From Schmidtea polychroa (taxonomy: Eukaryota), in assembly GCA_044892525.1 (NCBI GenBank), contig CM097885.1, forward strand, positions 32,614,001 through 32,678,000: a stretch of 64,000 nucleotides of DNA. Direction: 5' to 3'. Shown here piece by piece: positions 52,181 to 62,100 of the stretch (position 1 is the stretch's first letter; the number at the start of each line of letters is the position of its first letter). The position numbers and the translations under genes were made by a program. The notes beneath the pieces are model-generated. The model ran no database searches. It was not told the DNA's origin and worked only from the letters and a program-made list of their open reading frames with translations.

Positions 52181-53112
52181 ATGAAATTGATTAAACTGAA
52201 ATAGATTAAGTGCGATAAATATATAATGAGTAGAGGAGAATTATGATAAAGCGCCGGCGCAAGCGAAAATTAAACCAGTTTTTGGATGGGGAAAAGCGAA
52301 CGAATAGATAGTAGTTGAATTATTGAATTTTATTTATTAATGATATGTTTATTTTGATATTTATGTGATTAATATTATATTTCTAGGATAATTATAAAAG
52401 GGATAGATAATTGATACGAATATATAGATAATTGATACGAGTTATAGATAATTTAAAATCAACTTAAAATCAAAATGGGGCGAATAGCGAGAAGTGTAGA
52501 AAAGCTAGAAAATTTGAAGCGAAGGGACAGTAAAATAAAGGGAAAAAGGAAAGTAAATGAAGGGTTTAATAAAGAGAATTTATGATATGTACTAGAGGTG
52601 TTAATTATTTTAGAATAAAGCAAACAATTCAGAAAGAAATCAAAGAAATCAAGAAAGCAATAGAAATCAAGAGATATAGAGAAATCAATTAGAAGCGAAG
52701 AATCAAGGAAATTAATAAAACCAAATCCAAGAAGAGTTAGAGAATCGTAAAGATTAAAGCGAGAAAAATACTTAGAAAACATCGAGCTCGATTGACAAAG
52801 TAGAAAATTTATCAAAGGATATTAAAAGGAGGAAAAATTGATAGCATAGCTAACCGAACGAGGCGAAAAAGTAAAGGAAACCTCAGTTTATTGGAAAAGG
52901 AAGAGATACAAAAGGCCAAGACCAACAGAAAACTACACAGGAAGCCAGCATCAGTAGAAACAGTATTTGAATCAGACAGTTTAACAAACGAATTTGAGAA
53001 CAGCGACGATCTTAAACGAACCGAACTAGATCCGATAAGTGACATTGAATCATCAGACGAGGAAGGAAATAGTTCAGAGTCAACCAATATAACAATTTTG
53101 TGTCAAGAAATA

Positions 53113-56100
53113 ATGACAGACGGAATTCCAAATGTAACAGGGCTAACGGACCCACCGGAAACAAGTAATGTGCACGTCAACATTGGAGAATTCAGAGAGA
53201 AATTTCGAGGAGAGCCATTCGATGGAAATATAAACCAGCTGGAAACGTTTATAAAGGAATTCGAAGTATACATTACGATATGTCACTGGCCAGATATAGT
53301 CGTACGAGAACGAATACCCCTATATCTAAAGGGAAGCGCCCAAGATGTATACTTGGAGGCGAAATGTGATGCAACAAAGTTGAGAACGTGGAAAGAGATC
53401 AAGGAGTTTTTAATAAAAACATTCGGTACCGAAAAAGAGGGAAATCGAAAAATGTTAGACTTTCTGCATCGAAAGCAGAAATATAACGAATCCAACGCAC
53501 TGTACGCATGCGAATTGAGACGACTAGCACGAGAAGCCTTCGATTCAAATCAACCAGTTCCGGAAGACAAAATAATAGCCGTATTCGTAGATGGCATGAA
53601 ACGGGAGGATATACGAGCAACTTTGGGATGCCGAGCACCAGAGACGCTGGAAGAAGCACTAAAAATAGCTAACAAATGTGAAACTTACCTAACACCAATA
53701 CAAGTAGCAGCAATGACAGCAGCCCCAGCAGCTCCAGCAACAACAGCAACAACCACAAACAACCAAGTCAATAATGCAAATCCAGTAATGAATCAATTCA
53801 TCCCAGGATCGCAACAGTTGTTCAAAACTCCACAAACAAGAAACCAAAACAATGGAGGTAATATTCAAAATTTTACTAATAATTTCAGGAACAACGACAT
53901 CAACAATCGAACGTGCAACATATGCCAACGACCAGGGCATTGGAGCAATGAATGTTATAAAGCAAGGATGTGTCAAAAGTGTGGGAGAAGAGGCCACACG
54001 GAAAATGTCTGCAGAGGACCCATGATGTCTATGAGCAGAGGAGGAACCAGAACCTGCTACAATTGTAATCAGCCTGGACACATGGCAAGAGAATGCACGA
54101 TGAGAACCAAACCAAATCAACCAGGATCAAACAATCCAGTTCAGAACACACAAATCAACCTCATGCAGGAAATCGAACAATTAAAAGATATGATCCTGCG
54201 AATACCGACTAATAACCAACAACAACGAATCAACATGATGCAGAGCACCGAGGAAATCCGGAACCAACCAAGTAAGCAACAACAAGATCAGCAACGAGTC
54301 GAATGGCAAAGATTACAAAACGAGGAAGCCAGAGAAATTCAAGAAAGATGGAAACAACGGGAAGCGAATCCCGGAAGAATAAATATGATGAGATTAACAA
54401 ATAAAGAGGAATCGCACACTGCGGAGCAGTGTGTTAACAACGACGGGAGTGAACCGATAATAAACAAGGAGATAAAAACGACAAAAGAAAATGAGATTGA
54501 TCCACGAACAGAATTGAGCAGTGAAGAGAAAATACAATTGATTAAAGAATTTACCAAAGAGGAGAAAGAAAGGAGACAAAAGAGAAATGAGAGTAAAGAC
54601 GAACCAAAAAGCAATGAGATAATTACAAAAAATCGAATTCAGAGGGTACTACTACAAAAAATCGAAGACAGAATCAAAAACGAAAACCCTACATTAACTG
54701 AGGAACAAATAAAAGAAAAAGTGAAAGAGCATTGGTTTAGGAAAAATGAGTGGTTTGAAAAGAAGGAACCACATACCAAAGCTAAAATAAACATGCTGAG
54801 ACAAATGCGGAGCGATCAGACGGATCAGGAAGATGAGAAAAGTGAGGTGAGTAGCCTGGGAGGCGAATTATTTCAGTCAAGTGAGGAAAATAACGAACCG
54901 AAAACACCTCCAAACAGTGAAACACCTCAAAGTAGTGAGGAGAGTGAAAATGATGACATGAAATCAATGATAGAAAAAGATGAAGAAGAGATATTCGAGG
55001 AAATTCTCGACACAGTAACAGAAATAGAGCGAAATGAGAGCTACATCAACGAGTTAACATACAGAAAATGCTTAAAACTTATAACTCAAGTATACCAGTG
55101 TGAAGGAGGTATAATAACGGCAGCATGGAAAGATTTAGCAACAAAATATAAAGAGAAACTAAAGGAAGCAGGCCCAGATCAATATCAAGTAAGTATTCAA
55201 CACCCCGAGATTCAGATACAGACTATTGAATTAAAAGGAACAAATACCGATGAACTGTACAACTGGGTACAGGAAAAAATGGGAACGAGCCATAAAAATA
55301 AACAATTATATGTCGATGGTTACAAAGTTAAAATGGGCATACATTTGGTAGATGCGATGATATGGCCAAACGAAACTAACATCTTAACCTTAGAGAAAAC
55401 CAGAGATGACGACTCGGTAGCAGAGATGTTCAAGAAAATCCAACAAGTGTTTAACAATGAAGTGGAACCAGAATTGGAAAAGATCGAACGAAAAATAATG
55501 AAAGAAAATCAAATAATCTTAGTCAAACAAGCTATCGATCAGACAAGGAAATACATTAATAGACTGAGAGAAAGATGGCCACAACTAATGAAACAATTCG
55601 TTAAAGACGTACGAGACACGGAAATTATGAGATTTGAAGATGAACGAGCGACAGAATTGATATCCAAATACGGAGAATACGAGAGAACCAAATGCGAACA
55701 AGAAACGATAAAATTAAAAGTGAAGTTGCCAAATGAAGAGAAACAAATAATAGAAGTTAACCCCGATTGCCAAGTTGACGAGTTGGTACAAATCATAGAT
55801 CAAGAAATCATCCAAAAAGCTCGAGAAAATAGTGAGGATGGAATGATCGAAGATGTGATAATAATGTACAACATGCACATGCTAGAAAGAGGAGACCGAA
55901 CTGTAATTTACGAACTAGGAATCTGGGAAGATGGAGCCGTCATCAATATAATCGCGATGGATGAACCATCTGGTGGGCACAAAAACGCCACGAAAACCGA
56001 GCAACAAATTAAAAGATTCCAATGGGGAATGAGAGCAAAGATGGATCGAATAATAGATATTTATAACCATTGGCTAAAGGATGATAAACTAAAACTAGCA

Positions 56101-59100
56101 GCCTTCAATGACGAAGATTGCAAACTGATACCATGGAAAAAAGTGTGGATCGAAAGTGAAGCTCGATGGGATTGGGAGCAGCAAAAGTTGGAACCAAATT
56201 GGATAGATAATATACCCGAAGAGATCGCAGCAGTATGGGTAAGAGAGAAACCGATCGATACTTACCAGGATATATTACCACAAGAATTCCAAAATGAATT
56301 ACCATCAGGAGAAGATGAGGAGATACGAGAACCGGTAAAGTTAGCACCATTCACGTGGAAAATTGAGAATTGGATGGAAAAGATAAAATCAGCAAAGGAA
56401 GAGAAAATCACACGATTAGTAAGTCCACCGTTCTACTCAGGATTAGGTGAGTACAAGATGAAATTGCGAATATACCCGAACGGAGACGGGATAGGTAAAG
56501 GAAGTTATGTGTCGGCATTCTTCGTCATCTGCAAAGGAAATTATGACGACAAGGTACCATGGCCGTTTAGCAGAAAAGTGACGATAGCAATCGAACCATT
56601 GAAAGATAGCCTTAACGTACATAAAGAAATAATGAAACCAGATCCAAGGAGCGCCTGCTATCAACGACCAACAACATCAGAAAATATCGCTTCTGGGACA
56701 CCTAAATTAATACGTCTAAGTTACATTGAGAATGAGCAGTCAAAATTTGTGAAAAACAATGCTATCCAGATCAGAGTAGAAGTTGAAACAGAACAAGAAA
56801 TGAACCAACGACTGAACATACCAGAAAATCAACCGAGAATCTGTATGATGAGGAGAAGAGTGCCTGATTCAGGACATCTACCAATAGACGCAGATGCAGA
56901 TGAGGAGGAAGCAGCAACATTGTTGGAAGCACAAAAATGTAAGGAGTTGATGGAGATATTACAAAACGGGGCGAAAAATCGTCGACGAGCGGTGGTAGAA
57001 CTAGCAAAATGGATAGCCGAATCATGCAAAAGGATTCAAAACCTACGAAAGATCGTTAAAGCGATTGAAGAATATCGACGGGTATACGTATGGTACCCTG
57101 AACAATTTGGTGAAATCATCCGGAAATGGAAACAACGAGAGTGGGCCGAAAACTCACCTGAGAAATATCAATTAAAAATATTCATGCCAGATTTTGAACC
57201 AATGGAAAAGGAATTCTATACGACAGCTAAAGTCAGAGAAGTTAAAAAGAGAATACCTTATGAACTCCCATTCCACTTACAACACGAGGGACGATCATTA
57301 GACGACGATATTGAGATCGGTGTGACACCACTCCAAGGAGAAATTGTGAACAGATTAACGGTGAGTAAAATTGCAGGTAGAGAGCTAAGGAGAGGAGAGA
57401 TAAAGCAAAAATCATCCACCCAACAACCAGGAAGTTTGGACACACCAGAAGTTCCAAATGCGGTTAGTGAAGTGACGATCGAAACAACGGGAGAAGACGA
57501 AATACTGGATGAATTACAAGAGATAGTAGAAGCAGGCGAGATTATGAGAGCATCGCAATCAGGAGATCTATTTATCGACGAAGGTGAACCGACAACTGAT
57601 GATTTAGATGGATTTGTATGCGCGCAGAGACAACCAGTGGAAACGACGGAAGCCGAGACGGATTTAGATAACGTGGAAAGAGGTGCCAATAAAGATGTAA
57701 CCACAACCGATGAATGGAGCAACTGGAGAGTAGATCCAGGAGCGACCACGTCAAAAGATACAACTTACAATCCGCCAAAACGGAAAGAAACCGGAACAGC
57801 TATGGATCGACGAACAAGAGGAAGACCAAAAACAGATAAAGCAGAGATCGAACCAAAATCCAAAGTTCAGGCGCAAATGGAACAGGTAAAAACTAAAATG
57901 GATAAACTAAGTGCATTAGTAAAACAAGTTAAAGTGAAGACAAGCGTCCGAGAACAAGGGACACGATGGATAAATGACCTATTAGCCAACATGTTAGCAT
58001 TAGCAAATCCAGATGTGAAAAGAGTAATGAGGAAGGATAATATTCCGACCGAAGCCAAACAATTATGGGCAGTATTGAAACCGATAATAATGAAAATCAT
58101 GGATAATAAAATTCGATTAACGTTAAAAGATCCCGTGGAACTCAGATTAATTGTGGAACATCTATTAAGCAGATCAGAGGACCAAAATCGATTTTTAGTG
58201 GGATTAGCATATTTAGTATATAACGTTATCGGTCAATATAAAAAACGAATGCCAAAATATAACGCAACGGGTTACGAATTCACAGTAACAGAAATAATTA
58301 AACGATCAATAGAACCATATATACTTGAACAAGGGGGATGGAGAAGCTTCATCGAATCAACTGGGAAGAAAGATCAAACGGAAATGATGCAAGCAAAGTT
58401 ACGCGATTTGCTAACTGAATTCGAAGGAACAATCAATATAAACGACCCAAGAGCAAGTCGAAAGGGAATGAATGCCATAATAACCACGATATTGATATGG
58501 ATGATGTGTATCAAAGGAACGGAGTCATTTGCAGTATACGACTGCGACAACATAAAAATCCATGAGAAATATTCATTAAAGGATACGGAAGACTGTAAAG
58601 CGGCAAACCCAAGAAAATTACAAACAGTCATGGCATCAGTCTCGTACAACGTATATCAAGAAGCAGATTTCATCAAAACTATGGTCCAAGAGTGTACGAT
58701 AACCAGAAAGATATTCGCACATCACTGCGGTTCATCCTCACACTCAACAATCATAGAACCAGGATTGGAATCGACAGTAATATTACTATCAAGAGAGGAA
58801 TGCGAGGAAGGGTTCCGATCAGGGAGAATCCACTTAAGGCAAGGGATTGAAATCGCTGCAGAACCAGGAAAAATAAAAACGACTCGCGTATATACGGCGG
58901 GCAGAATCACTAAAGGAGACGGAACATGTGAGACAGGAACATACACCTTGAACGGACAACTGGTTAGTGGAGTGGTCGTAATAGAAAGTTACGAAGCTAA
59001 ATTGGAAAAGTATCAAGGCTACTTTGACCCTGACACGCAAGCAATGAAGAAATACCCAAGCTGTCTCGCATCAGATCGATCATGTTCAACCGGAATGTCA

Positions 59101-62100
59101 ACTCTGGTATACCACGCAGATCAGAAAGTATGTCGACTAATGTTACTCAAGACAGCAATATTCGAAGAAATCCAAGGGAAAGTGTACAGTGAACCAAAAG
59201 GAGAAGCAGAGAGACGAGCGATGGAAGAATTGAGAGCAAGGAAAGGATTCAGGGAAGACGTAATAACATCGAAATTGGAATCGGAAGTAACACCCACAGC
59301 GATAATCTCCAAAGACGATGGAATAGGAATGAGGTTCATAAAGAACAAAATGGTGAGTAAATGCGATGAGATGGTGATCAGCACCAATTATAAAGGGATC
59401 TACTTGTCGCGGAGAACCCTAGCAAATGCAGTCGGAAGACTAAGCGAAAAGGATGTCAAATTATATTTATACGCTAATAATAAGATGGATTTCTTATATC
59501 ACAGAGGATTAACATCTACGGAAAAAGTCTATCATGATCTGTTAAGAAACGATTGCCTGCTCAACAAAGAAATATTGAGAACAAAATTAGCAATGGCGAT
59601 TACAAATCCAGATAACGCAATTCCACTACTACCATTACAGGAAGGATATTTCGGACGAATCGTGGGCGAAGTGATGTACACCTACCAATGCAAAAAGATA
59701 ATGGCAAGATTGCCGGAAAACCCTACAATACCAAGGGATAAGTGTGCAAACGAACTCGAAATTATTCACGAAGGTAAACCCAGGTTTGTGCAAGCAGTCA
59801 CTAGGATAATGAACCCGGTAGGGTTTCAGCCAAATCTGTTTAATTGCAGTAATGCATATGGGCCAATGTATGAAAAAGAAGACGGACAATGGGTTCAATT
59901 TCCAAGTAAAACAATCGTAGTGACACCCAAGAAATTTGGATTGACGGAACTAACAACAGAATTAGAGTTCAAGCCGATAGACGTATCACAGAGTGGATTA
60001 TATACACCAAAAGATCTTGAATCAGCAAGGGCCCACATGTTATTCCCAGCACACAGACAAGCGATCCTATCAAATATAGTGACTATTTCTGGAGGAAATA
60101 ATTATGGGGAGAGCCCAAATTACGAGCTATTATTATCACCAAGTCACTATCAACAAGCAACAGCAAACATGATGAAGGCTATGTGGGGTCGATTTTTGGT
60201 ATTTGGCCAAATGATGGCAGGAATACTCGGAATTATTCTGATAATACAAATAGTCAGAGTAATACTAACCCAGATGCTAGCATGTTTTGACATCTATAAG
60301 CGCGAGAGAAAAGTAAATTGGAAACTTGCAATTGGATTCTTACCGTTCTTAGCGAAAACAATGGTGTTGCATGGACACTCAAAGGATATTCATCGAATAA
60401 AAAGATTGTTGAAAATACTAACGCAAATGAAAGGGACAGACGAAGAAGTCGGACGTAAGTTCAAAGTGATAATGAGATTAGAAGCAGAAAGAACTCAAGA
60501 GAAAGCAAAAAGAACCGGGAAGTGGAAAAAGTGGATGAACCTCAGGCGAGACGATGATAGTGACAACGACAATGATGATTTCGACGACGATGATAATAAC
60601 CAAGGAGGAGCAATGTTGATAAATAAAAATACAGCCACTTGGGAAAACGAAAAAATGAAACCATGGGGATCACCGTATTCACAGACCCCATATTTACAAG
60701 CACCAACTAATGGACCAATGCGACGACCAGGAACAATGAGAGAACGGATAAGAATGGGAACCGGGAGATTGCCCGTACCAAATATTTACCCAACGGCGTA
60801 TGAACCAAATTGGGCAGCAATGGACCCAACAATGATCAAGCCAATTAAAAATGTGGGGCAAGAGGTGGAAACACGAACGATTGCGGTATTGCAGACACCA
60901 GCAGGACCATCGTTAACTATCACGGTCGAAGTAAACGGAATAGAGATGGATGCAATGATTGATACCGGAGCAAATATCTCAGCAATAAATATGAATATGC
61001 TACCAGGAAGACTATGGCCATGCATTGAGGAAACAACCATGGATGTAATAACATGCAGCAAACAATCCATAGCGGTAGTAGGAAGAGTATGGTCAACGAT
61101 CGAATACAAAGGGGTTAAAGTTACAACGTACCTCGCAGTCATTAGACAGCTAAGCGTATCATGTATAATTGGAACAGATGTAATGCCGGAATTATTGAAA
61201 GAAATTGTGATTGATTTGAGTTCCATGAAATTAAAAGATAAAACTGGACAGATATGCACAATGAGAACAGAAGTGAGATGCTCCGAAAAAATGATAATAC
61301 CAGCACGTACCCAGACAATATGTTATGTCAAGGTCGATAACGAAGCCAAAGGAGATATGATATTCGAACCAAGTCAAAAATTTGAGAAGAGAAGAGAGCT
61401 ACCATTGGCAAGAGAGATCGTCAGTATAAATGAGGATAATGAGATACCCATCAACATCACCAATTTTGACGAAGAAGATAAAGTAATCTACGAAAACGAG
61501 AGACTTGGGAAACTCACACCAATGATGAACATCGAACTGCCGGAGTTAAAAAGCGAAGGAGCAGACGAAAAAGAATTGTGGACCATCGATAGCGAACTCC
61601 TAAATGAAGACGAAAAGGAACAACTCAGACAACTACTGATTGAGTTTAAAGATATTTTTGCGGCTTCAGATTTGGATTTGGGTACCAGCGATGTAACGCA
61701 ACACATTATACCATTAACGGATGAGACACCCATAACTTTGAGACCATATCGATTAGCCGAAGCACAGAAAACGGTAGCAGAGGAGGAAGTACATAAGATG
61801 TTAGATGCCGGAGTGATAGAACCTAGCTGTTCACCATGGCAATTTCCAGTGGTAATGGTCAAAAAGAAAGATGGCACACAGAGATTTTGTATCGATTATC
61901 GGAGGTTGAATGCAGTAACAAAAAGGGATACATACCCACTGCCAGATATTAACGAAATGTTACAGATGTTACATGGAGCAGCATACTTTACATCTTTAGA
62001 TCTAAAGAGCGGATACTGGCAAATTAAAGTTAAAGAGGAAGATAGAGAAAAGACAGCCTTTACCATCGGAAAAGATTTATATCAGTTTAAAAAGATGCCA

